DNA from: Kiritimatiellia bacterium
GTDB taxonomy: Bacteria; Verrucomicrobiota; Kiritimatiellia; RFP12; UBA1067
DNA length: 64,000 bases
Assembly (NCBI GenBank): GCA_017514235.1
Contig: JAFWKK010000042.1
Span: 73,483 to 137,482 of the forward strand
Direction: 5' to 3'
In this document: piece by piece, positions 56,765 through 64,000 of the stretch
Position numbering within the stretch: the first letter of the stretch is position 1
Layout of the letters: every line of letters begins with the position of its first letter
Notes under the pieces: generated by a model
Told to the model about the DNA's origin: nothing
Seen by the model: only the letters and a program-made list of their open reading frames with translations
Databases searched by the model: none
Program-made: the position numbers and the translations under genes

Positions 56765-57786
56765 CTGCCTTGCAGCCGATGGACGAGACTTTTCACATTG
56801 CCGTTTCCTGTAACGAGTGTTATGTCCCCGGTGCGCTGGTAGCGCTGGCAGGCGTGGCGGTCAATGCCAGGCCGGAAATGTTCCTTGCCTTTCATGTTTT
56901 TACTGAAAGTGTAAAGGCTGAATCGATTGATTTTATGAGTAGCACATTGAAGCGGCTGCATGCGAACAGCGAGTTTTGTCAGCATGTTTGTGGCGAGGAT
57001 TTGCTTGCCGGCCTTCCTTATTGGGCAGGATCCCGCATGGCGGCGGTGCGATGCCACTACGCAACTTTAATGCCAGATGTTGATTGGTGCCTTTACCTTG
57101 ACTGCGATGTGCTTTATCTTGCCAGCGTGGAGGAGCATTTCTCATATCGCGACGAGAGCGTATATGCGTGTGTCGTCCAGGAAGAATCTGCAAGGACGAG
57201 GAGATCGGAGCGCTTGTGGATTCGCGACAATTGTGGCGTAGAGATACCAGATGACAGGTATTTTAATTCGGGCGTGGTGCTTTTCAACTTCAAGAAGATG
57301 CGCGAGGACGAAGTCCCTGAAAGGCTGATGCGGTTTTTCAAAGACCATCCTAAAGTGCCAAGTCCGGACCAAGACGCTTTGAATGCGACGTTCGGAGGGA
57401 AGGTAAGGATGATACCTCCGAAATTTGATCGGTTGCAAGTGTTCTTAAATGACGACAAGATGAACGAGAGGCCCGTTGTTCACTACGTATGCGGGAATCC
57501 GTGGTTGCCGAAGTCTGGAGTTGTGGCAAACAATCGGTTTCGGATGTGGCATCGCTTTGCAGACAAATATGTATGGATGAGAAAAGGGGAAAGTTGTCGA
57601 CAATGTTTCTCAAAGAAATTGCTTGTGCTAAAATTTGCCTTTTACTGGGTTCTTAAAACACCAATAGTCGGTAGATTGCTTGCGCTTATTATGCAGTTGA
57701 TAGGGAAGACAAGCAGTGCAAGATCATGGCAATCCAATCAAGTGGGATGTGATTTGTCATCGAGAGTTGTGCTGAGGACGATATGA
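56761..57786 (+). CDS. family 8 glycosyltransferase (LPS glycosyltransferase type)
   Basis: FHIAVSCNECY, DCDVLYL (DxD), NSGVVLFN motifs. Confidence 0.75.
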   Translation: MTALQPMDETFHIAVSCNECYVPGALVALAGVAVNARPEMFLAFHVFTESVKAESIDFMSSTLKRLHANSEFCQHVCGEDLLAGLPYWAGSRMAAVRCHYATLMPDVDWCLYLDCDVLYLASVEEHFSYRDESVYACVVQEESARTRRSERLWIRDNCGVEIPDDRYFNSGVVLFNFKKMREDEVPERLMRFFKDHPKVPSPDQDALNATFGGKVRMIPPKFDRLQVFLNDDKMNERPVVHYVCGNPWLPKSGVVANNRFRMWHRFADKYVWMRKGESCRQCFSKKLLVLKFAFYWVLKTPIVGRLLALIMQLIGKTSSARSWQSNQVGCDLSSRVVLRTI

Positions 57787-58481
57787 ATGTTTATGTCATA
57801 AACATGGATAGGGATCGCGACCGAATGCAGGCCATCGGTCAGCAGTTAGAAAGACTTCAGGTTCCGTATAATAGGTTCAGGGCTGTTGATGCCAAGAGGC
57901 TTGATAAATCAGAATTAAAGGGAGCAGTTAATGGTTTTCGCTGGTGGTGTGCGCTTGGTCGCCCCATTCGCATTGGCGAGATAGGTTGCGCCATGAGTCA
58001 TTATGCAATATACAGACAGATGGAGACCCCGGTTTGCATTTTGGAGGATGATGTGATTCTGGCTGATGATTTTTCTTCTGTACTTGAGCGCGTTGAGGAA
58101 TGGTTAGATTGTTCTCGCCCGCAAGTCGTATTGCTCAGCAATCACTCGTCGAAAGTGAATCAAAACGCCGGCATTTTCCCAGCAGTATCTGACATGTATG
58201 CGGAGGGGTACGTTATTACGCCATTGGCTGCGCGCAGGTTGGTCGGTGTAAACTGGCCTATGCAACGGCCATGCGATCATTGGGGGGCGTGGGCAAGAAG
58301 GGGACTCATAGAGCTTTATCATTCTTTCCCCACCGTATGTTCGCAGGATCAGTCTCGGTATGCGAGCGGCACGGTGGATAAAGGTTGCTTCAAGGTGTCG
58401 GAACTGAGCAAGGTCCGCTGGCTGTTGCACAAGGGCTTGCGCCTTGTCGGAAAAACTCTTGATAAAATATTGCCGCTATGA
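57783..58481 (+). CDS. family 25 glycosyltransferase (LPS biosynthesis Lic2B/LgtB type)
   Basis: VYVINMDRDRDR N-terminus typical of GT25. Confidence 0.65.
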   Translation: MNVYVINMDRDRDRMQAIGQQLERLQVPYNRFRAVDAKRLDKSELKGAVNGFRWWCALGRPIRIGEIGCAMSHYAIYRQMETPVCILEDDVILADDFSSVLERVEEWLDCSRPQVVLLSNHSSKVNQNAGIFPAVSDMYAEGYVITPLAARRLVGVNWPMQRPCDHWGAWARRGLIELYHSFPTVCSQDQSRYASGTVDKGCFKVSELSKVRWLLHKGLRLVGKTLDKILPL

Positions 58482-59572
58482 TTTGCTTTACGTGGTGGGG
58501 GCTGACGCAGTACGCTGCGCGGGTGATCGAGGCTTTTAATAAGGTCTCGAAGGAGCCTGTCTGCGTGGTTGCAACTCGTCCGCATAGTTCCCCCGTAGAG
58601 GGCATGGAGCAGATTCTCACATGCCCGCTTGTATGGGTTAAAGAGGGCGATGTTGAGTTCGCGACAAGGCTGCCAGAGGTCCCGCGAGTTTTATTCGTAT
58701 CAAATTGGAATCTTCCGTGTTGGAAGTATCTTGAGCTCGTTGTGAAAAACAATGGCGGCAAGACGGTTGCCATGATTGATACTAATTATAGATGCTTTGG
58801 CGTTGGGAACGGGCGGCTTAAAGCTTTCTTGAAGCAGTATGCTTGGATTCTTCGCTTTAGACTATTTGTCAGTCATCGGTTTAACAGTTTCTTTGTGGTT
58901 GGTACGAGTGGACGAAAACTCATGCGCCATTGCGGGGTGCCAGAGAATCGTGTGTTCCACGGTCTTTATGGTGCGGATAGCTCGCTATTTTACGATGGCG
59001 CATCGTTGTCGCAACGTCCGAAGCGTATAATATATGTTGGACAGTTCATCAACCGCAAGAATGTACGGCGTATGATATTGGCGTTCCTTCAAGCGAAAAA
59101 GGTGGCTGGAGATGTGGCAAATGAGTGGCACCTTGATTTGTATGGTGCTGGAGCATTTGCTGATGAGTTGTCTCGAATGATTTCGCAAGCCGGAGATTGC
59201 TCGGTAGCGATGCATCCTTTTTGCCAGCCAGAACGCCTTGCCGTTGAATACAGGCGTTCTCGTGTGTTTTGCCTGCCGAGTCTTGAAGAGCATTGGGGGG
59301 TTGTCGTGCATGAGGCGGCACTCTCTGGGTGTGCCTTGCTTTTGGCAAAAGGCGTCGGCGCCGGTGAAGATTTTCTCGGGAAGGATAATGGGATATTGTT
59401 TGATCCTTTTTCTGTCGATGCGATGTCGCAGGCCATGTTGCAGATTATGCGATGGAGTGATGAGCAGTGGTGTCATGCCCATGAAGAGTCAGTTCGCTTG
59501 GCGTCCAGTTTTGGATTGGAGCGATTTGTTCGGTCGGCCATCAAGATTTGTGCCGATGCTACAGTGCCTTGA
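58478..59572 (+). CDS. family 4 glycosyltransferase (glycos_transf_1)
   Basis: C-terminal FCLPSLEEHWGVVVHEAALSGCALLL GT4 EX7E-region. Confidence 0.75.
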   Translation: MICFTWWGLTQYAARVIEAFNKVSKEPVCVVATRPHSSPVEGMEQILTCPLVWVKEGDVEFATRLPEVPRVLFVSNWNLPCWKYLELVVKNNGGKTVAMIDTNYRCFGVGNGRLKAFLKQYAWILRFRLFVSHRFNSFFVVGTSGRKLMRHCGVPENRVFHGLYGADSSLFYDGASLSQRPKRIIYVGQFINRKNVRRMILAFLQAKKVAGDVANEWHLDLYGAGAFADELSRMISQAGDCSVAMHPFCQPERLAVEYRRSRVFCLPSLEEHWGVVVHEAALSGCALLLAKGVGAGEDFLGKDNGILFDPFSVDAMSQAMLQIMRWSDEQWCHAHEESVRLASSFGLERFVRSAIKICADATVP

Positions 59573-59574
59573 GT

Positions 59575-60867
59575 ATGTTTCGTAGGGTAATTTATCAGGC
59601 AAAGTGGCGCTTGCATCATCCGACGGCGTTCGCACGGTTTGCCGATATTATGGCGAATCTCGAGAAGTCGTCTGGCCAGCTTGCTGCCGAACAGGAAGTG
59701 GCACGGCAGAGAATAGTTCGCCATGCGATGGCCCATACTGTTTTTTACAGGGAGAAATATACGGACGCGGGCTTTGGGTTGTCCGACATCGGCAGACAGG
59801 GGTGGTTCGAGAAGTTGCCGATAGTGACTAAGAATGACCTTCGCGAACGCTTCGCCGATTTCGTCGATACAGATCGGCGGCAGTTCTTGGCTGTCTCGAC
59901 TACCGGCGGTTCTACGGGTGTGCCCACCAAGACAGGCTACGACAGGCGCATTCCCGAAGAAGTTTATTCATGGCGGCTCCAGTCGTGCTACGGCGTCCAT
60001 CCTTGGGACGACCATGCATACGTGTGGCGGGATACGCGGCGTTCGAAGTGGGCGAAGTTGAAGAATGCCGCCGCATGGTGGCCGACGCGCCACCTGAAAC
60101 TCGATGCCACGTTGCTGAGCGACGCTGCGATGGATGAATTTATTGAGAAGTTCAATCGTCTGAAGCCTTGCCTGCTGCAGGGATATGTGGGCGCAGTTTC
60201 GCAGCTTGCGGAATATATGCTCAAGTCAGGCAAGGCCATTGCCTTGTCACCGAAAGTCGTATGGACCACCTCGGCCCCTCTGTCGGAAGTTCAGAGACGC
60301 CTGATTGAGACGGCTTTTGGCGCTCCGGTGTGCGATGAGTACGGTAGCTGCGAGTGCCGCTGGATAGCCTTTCAGCGGCCTGGGCATGAAGGATTGCGCG
60401 TCAATACGGAGCATGTGCATATAGAGTTTTTGCCAGACCAGGGCGGAGATGGGCATGGATATGGTCGGACGCTTTTGACCAATCTTGAAGATACGGTTTT
60501 TCCATTGATCCGCTACGAGAACGGCGACCGTGGCCGTTGGCTTGACTATCCCTACATTGATTCGGTAAAGGGACGGGAAGTGGAGTCGTTTGTCCTCACG
60601 TCGGGGAAAGTGGTCAACGGCGAATACCTCACAACGATCTTCGACGAGTCGCCGGATTTGGTGTATGGCTTTAGGGCCGTACAGCATGCGGATCTTAGCA
60701 TAACGATCGAGTACATTCCGGCGAAGGATGAGGGCAAGGTGCTGGAAGTCCTGCAGAAATTCGCGGACAAGATCGAAGGCGACGCCGTCGTTGACTTCAA
60801 ACGCGTCGACCAAATCTCGCATGACAGAGGCAAGCTTCGCTTTGTAGTGCGGGAAGTGAAAGGTTGA
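59575..60867 (+). CDS. CapK-like adenylate-forming enzyme (phenylacetate-CoA ligase / F390 synthetase family)
   Basis: length and motif pattern (STTGGSTGVPT adenylation motif, C-terminal region) of PaaK/CapK-like proteins in capsule loci. Confidence 0.6.
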   Translation: MFRRVIYQAKWRLHHPTAFARFADIMANLEKSSGQLAAEQEVARQRIVRHAMAHTVFYREKYTDAGFGLSDIGRQGWFEKLPIVTKNDLRERFADFVDTDRRQFLAVSTTGGSTGVPTKTGYDRRIPEEVYSWRLQSCYGVHPWDDHAYVWRDTRRSKWAKLKNAAAWWPTRHLKLDATLLSDAAMDEFIEKFNRLKPCLLQGYVGAVSQLAEYMLKSGKAIALSPKVVWTTSAPLSEVQRRLIETAFGAPVCDEYGSCECRWIAFQRPGHEGLRVNTEHVHIEFLPDQGGDGHGYGRTLLTNLEDTVFPLIRYENGDRGRWLDYPYIDSVKGREVESFVLTSGKVVNGEYLTTIFDESPDLVYGFRAVQHADLSITIEYIPAKDEGKVLEVLQKFADKIEGDAVVDFKRVDQISHDRGKLRFVVREVKG

Positions 60868-60931
60868 GAGGTTCGAGAGGTTTGGGCGGTTTGAGAAGTT
60901 CGAAAGTTCGAGAGTTTGAAAGTTTGAGAGT
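60868..60931 (+). repeat. purine-rich tandem array (GTTYGAGAG units) upstream of four-helix-bundle gene 3
   Basis: GTTGAGAGGTTCGAGAGGTTTGGGCGGTTTGAGAAGTTCGAAAGTTCGAGAGTTTGAAAGTTTGAGAGT; begins at the stop codon of the CapK-like gene. Confidence 0.8.
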
Positions 60932-61321
60932 ATGGCAACAATAAAACGATTCACCGATATCGTTGCGTGGCAAAAGAGCCGCGAGATGGTAAAGCGGATT
61001 TACGAGTTGACTCGGCGTGAGCCATTCTCCAGAGATTGGGGATTGAAGGATCAGATACAGCGAGCTTCAGTAAGCATATGCAGCAACATCGCTGAAGGAT
61101 TTGAACGGAGCGGGGACAAGGAGTTCGTGAATTTTCTCTGGATTGCAAAAGGATCAGTAGGGGAAGTAGCCTCCCAATTGTACAATGCAAAGGATTGCGG
61201 GTACGTTGATGAAGAAGACTTCATTTCGTTGCAAGAAGATCTGAAGTTGTTGAGTGCAATGCTTTATAGCTTAATTCGGTCAATGAAAACTTCATCCTTG
61301 AAAGGTGAGCGATATAAGTAA
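60932..61321 (+). CDS. four-helix-bundle protein (23S rRNA IVS protein / Avd-like family), copy 3
   Basis: IVAWQKSREMVKRIYELT...DQIQRASVSICSNIAEGFERSGDKEFVNFLWIAKGSVGEVASQL. Confidence 0.8.
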   Translation: MATIKRFTDIVAWQKSREMVKRIYELTRREPFSRDWGLKDQIQRASVSICSNIAEGFERSGDKEFVNFLWIAKGSVGEVASQLYNAKDCGYVDEEDFISLQEDLKLLSAMLYSLIRSMKTSSLKGERYK

Positions 61322-61457
61322 CCTTCAAACTTTCAAACTTTCAAACCTTCAAACTTTCAAACTTTCAAACCTTCAAACTCTCAAACTTTCAAACCTTCAA
61401 ACTCTCAAACTTTCAAACCTTTCGAACCTTCAAACCTCCCAAACTTTCCACCCTCCC
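61322..61457 (+). repeat. pyrimidine-rich tandem array (CTTTCAAAC/CTCTCAAAC units, about 14 copies) downstream of four-helix-bundle gene 3
   Basis: reverse-complement relationship to the upstream GTTTGAGAG array. Confidence 0.85.
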
Positions 61458-62921
61458 ATGTTCTCACACCTTTACGATCGCAAGTATCTTTTTAAATGCC
61501 TTTTGTCTATGGCGTTTCTTTTTGGCCTTATGAAGGCGACGGGCGGGTCGGGCTTTGTAATCGTTATCCCAATGGTTTTTTATGGATTGCTGTCCCGCAA
61601 GACGGAGTCGCTTTTCTTCTGGCTTCTGATGTCAGTATGTGCAATTATAGCTAATGGTTATGTGATCCCTAAAAATGCGGTGTTTGCCTGGTCGCAGCGT
61701 GGTCTGATGTTGAGTTTAGGTGTTTGTATGGCCTTGAATGTAATGGCATACCCTAAGCATGCCGTCATGAAACCATATCTTGGAATTATATTCTATATTG
61801 TATTTATGTTTTTCTCTTCTGCACAGGGGTGGTGCCCGCCTATTTCCTTCTTGAAGTTGATTTTGTTCACCGTTATTTATTTCTCTTATTTTGGGGTGGC
61901 GAATCAGGTTGGCATTAATCCAACTGTTTCGAGCAAACATGTGCGCAGTGTAATGCTAGCGGTCTCTCTCCTTTTTGTGGTAGGATCGATCTTGCTTGTT
62001 CCGTTCCCAGGCTTGTCGCAGATGAAGCATGACGACTTTGTTGACAGTCCTCTTGCAACAAGCCTTTTTATGGGAATGACCAACCATTCTCAGTGCCTTG
62101 GGCCGGTTGTATCGTCGATCTCAATTGTGGTCTTTGCTGATCTTCTATTTTCTGTTAGGAAATGGGATCCCCTTTATCTTTTCATCTTGTTTTGTTGCCC
62201 CTATCTTATCTACAAGACATCGAGTCGAACGGGCATGGGTGCCTATGTGCTTGGCATGATGTTTGTGGCGTATATTTTCATGCGTGCGCGGGGTGTAGGG
62301 TCGCGATGGAAATCGCGAGCCTTGACGACGGTAATGATATTTTCATGTGGATTGATTCTTGTTTTAGCATGTTTGCCAAGGGTCCAGAAATCGGCACTGC
62401 GATTTCTGTTGAAGACGACCAGCGAAAGCCCGTCTGCCGTAACAGCAGAAGCGGTGATGAGTACGCGGCAGGCACTTATCGACAGGTCACTTTACTATTT
62501 CCGAAAGAAACCTCTCTTGGGGAATGGTTTTCAAGTGTCGGAAGAGATGTCTAGCCTGAAGTTAAAGGGCGTTGCTTCTGTTTTGTCAGCTCCGATTGAG
62601 AAAGGCGTATGGGTTTCAGCAGTGTTGGAGGAAGGAGGCATCATAGGATGGTTGCTTTTTGTTTGGTTTCTTGTGGTCTGTATCATCACGTCAATCAAGC
62701 GACGAGCCTATATTGGAGCGTCATGCCTTTTTCTGAGCATGCTTACAAATCTTGGAGAATTCACGTTCTTCTCTATGTCATACACTGGTGGTTTCACATG
62801 GGCGATGGTTTTTGTAGGCCTTGCGCTTGACATTAGGAAAATGAAGGATGAGAATGCGGCCATCCAGCGTGAAATGATGATGCGTGAGATGCGAATGCAG
62901 CAAGGAGGGGTCGGCAGGTGA
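61458..62921 (+). CDS. O-antigen polymerase/ligase-like (Wzy/WaaL-type) membrane protein
   Basis: about 10-12 TM helices and a large periplasmic loop; start taken at the ATG after the repeat array, since the ORF track begins inside the repeats. Confidence 0.55.
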   Translation: MFSHLYDRKYLFKCLLSMAFLFGLMKATGGSGFVIVIPMVFYGLLSRKTESLFFWLLMSVCAIIANGYVIPKNAVFAWSQRGLMLSLGVCMALNVMAYPKHAVMKPYLGIIFYIVFMFFSSAQGWCPPISFLKLILFTVIYFSYFGVANQVGINPTVSSKHVRSVMLAVSLLFVVGSILLVPFPGLSQMKHDDFVDSPLATSLFMGMTNHSQCLGPVVSSISIVVFADLLFSVRKWDPLYLFILFCCPYLIYKTSSRTGMGAYVLGMMFVAYIFMRARGVGSRWKSRALTTVMIFSCGLILVLACLPRVQKSALRFLLKTTSESPSAVTAEAVMSTRQALIDRSLYYFRKKPLLGNGFQVSEEMSSLKLKGVASVLSAPIEKGVWVSAVLEEGGIIGWLLFVWFLVVCIITSIKRRAYIGASCLFLSMLTNLGEFTFFSMSYTGGFTWAMVFVGLALDIRKMKDENAAIQREMMMREMRMQQGGVGR

Positions 62922-64000
62922 AGGTCCTGCACGTCATCTCATCTATTCATCGTTCGTCCGGCGGGCCGTCAAGGTCGGTTCAGGGACTGGCGGCCGCAGA
63001 GTGCCGCGCAGGCGTAGATGCCGGAATCTTCACGTTCCGGCATGGCGACAAGCCGTGGGTGGACGGCATTTCGTTCGTTCATTCAGGGGTGGAGATAGAT
63101 TCTGAACTGCTGGAGTTCAAGCCAGACATTGTGCATCTGCACGGACTGTGGAATCGCAGGCTTCATCGTGCTGCGGTCGCTTGCCGAAAGTTGGGGGTTC
63201 CGTATGTCATTGCGCCGCGAGGGATGCTTGAGCCGTGGAGCCTGAAGCAGAAGTGGCTCAAGAAACGGATTGCTCGATTCCTTTACCAGGATAGGGATCT
63301 GCGGTGCGCCGCAGCGCTCCATGCCACGGCAGAGAGCGAAGCGGAGCAGTTTAGGCGCATGGGGTTCAAGAATCCAGTAATCATCAGCCCCAATGGCGTC
63401 AATCCTCCCAACCTCCCACCCACTCTCCCACTCCAACTCAAACCTCCAACTCAAAATCTCCAACTCCAACTAAAAACTCCAACTAACACTAACCTCCAAC
63501 TCCCACTCAAAACTCCAACTCAAACCCTCCAACTCCAACTCAAGACTCCAACTAATACTAAAAGAACCTTGTTCGTGAGCCGGATGCATCCGAAGAAGGG
63601 TGTGATGGAGCTGGTCGAGGCCTGGGGAAGTTTAGTGGCTAGTGCTGAGTGGTTGGTGCGGAACGGTTGGAAGTGTGAGTTGGTGTATACGGTTAGCGGG
63701 GAACTTGAGAAGGGGTATGAGGCGAAGGTAAAGGCGAGGGTTAAGGAGCTGGGGCTGGAGGATAAGTTCATATTTACCGGCGCGCTGAATGACGACGAGA
63801 AGTGGGAGGCGTATGCGAGAGCGGACCTGTTCGTGCTGCCGACCTACAGCGAGAACTTTGGAATAGTGGTTGCCGAGGCGCTTTATGCCGGCGTGCCGGT
63901 AATCACCACAAAGGGCACTCCCTGGCAGGAACTGGAGACCGAGAGTTGCGGTTGGTGGATTGACGTTGGAGAGGATGCGTTGGCTGATGCTTTGACAAAG
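62918..64000 (+). CDS. family 4 glycosyltransferase, 3'-partial, with in-frame repeat insertion
   Basis: GTG start overlapping the upstream stop (GTGA); KVLHVISSIHRSSGGPSRSV...; C-terminal GT4 motifs EXFG (YSENFGIVVAEALYAGVPVI); runs off the window end, so it is absent from the ORF track. Confidence 0.75.
   Translation, partial: MKVLHVISSIHRSSGGPSRSVQGLAAAECRAGVDAGIFTFRHGDKPWVDGISFVHSGVEIDSELLEFKPDIVHLHGLWNRRLHRAAVACRKLGVPYVIAPRGMLEPWSLKQKWLKKRIARFLYQDRDLRCAAALHATAESEAEQFRRMGFKNPVIISPNGVNPPNLPPTLPLQLKPPTQNLQLQLKTPTNTNLQLPLKTPTQTLQLQLKTPTNTKRTLFVSRMHPKKGVMELVEAWGSLVASAEWLVRNGWKCELVYTVSGELEKGYEAKVKARVKELGLEDKFIFTGALNDDEKWEAYARADLFVLPTYSENFGIVVAEALYAGVPVITTKGTPWQELETESCGWWIDVGEDALADALTK
63404..63575 (+). 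repeat. pyrimidine-rich CTCCAACTC-type tandem array embedded in-frame in the GT4 gene
   Basis: translates in the GT4 frame as NLPPTLPLQLKPPTQNLQLQLKTPTNTNLQLPLKTPTQTLQLQLKTPTNTK without stops, between the ISPNGVN and KRTLFVSRMHPKKG domain-boundary motifs. Confidence 0.8.

Noticed and set aside
28933-61321. Diversity-generating retroelement (because the four-helix-bundle proteins are Avd-like)
   Set aside because: No reverse transcriptase, template-repeat/variable-repeat pair or target gene with a C-type-lectin fold was found anywhere in the window. The elements are better described as IVS-like standalone units.

Overview
The window splits into two compositionally distinct parts.

Bases 1 to about 28,800 are high-GC (roughly 65-70%) core genome. 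All of its genes lie on the + strand except one GT8-like gene. They comprise: an MFS transporter, glycosyltransferases, prs, a DinG-like helicase, and an exosortase with an EpsI-like C-terminal domain. Next comes a WecA/MraY-family transferase carrying an unusual C-terminal CoA-binding-like domain, then gspE/pilB, scpA and scpB, and two LysM proteins. These are followed by purD, an MBL-fold hydrolase, an ApbE-like protein, and a dcw-cluster start (mraZ-rsmH-ftsL-ftsI). The block ends with pgi, exbB-exbD-tonB, and a GH28-like beta-helix protein fused to an alpha/alpha-toroid domain. Many of these genes are preceded by an extended -10 box (TGGTATAAT-like) only 8-13 nt before the start codon, which suggests leaderless mRNAs.

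From about 28,800 to the end of the window there is a roughly 35-kb lower-GC surface-polysaccharide locus (GC about 45-50% estimated by eye, not computed). It is entirely co-directional on the + strand and contains: two paralogous Wzx-like flippases, two pyruvyl transferases, at least six GT2 genes, and GT8, GT25 and GT4 genes. It also carries a TPP-enzyme plus SDR pair, a CDP-ribitol-like module (IspD-like, epimerase/SDR, LicD), and DegT, ATP-grasp and PLP-decarboxylase genes. The remaining genes are an O-acyltransferase, a pEtN-transferase plus DgkA pair, a CapK-like ligase, a Wzy-like polymerase, and a partial GT4 at the window end.

The most unusual feature is three copies of a four-helix-bundle gene (the 23S-rRNA intervening-sequence / Avd-like protein family). 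Each copy is bracketed by a purine-rich tandem-repeat array upstream and a complementary pyrimidine-rich array downstream, an architecture like that of rRNA intervening sequences. Two of the copies are preceded by an identical 38-nt motif. Orphan pyrimidine-rich arrays sit immediately upstream of both wzx genes. One such array is inserted in-frame inside the terminal GT4 gene, where it encodes an LQLKTPT-type peptide repeat. The locus also shows modular duplication (wzx ... pyruvyl transferase-GT2) and near-identical GT2 5' ends. A GT2 pseudogene flanked by 17-bp direct repeats is present as well. No rRNA, tRNA, CRISPR array or reverse transcriptase was recognised.
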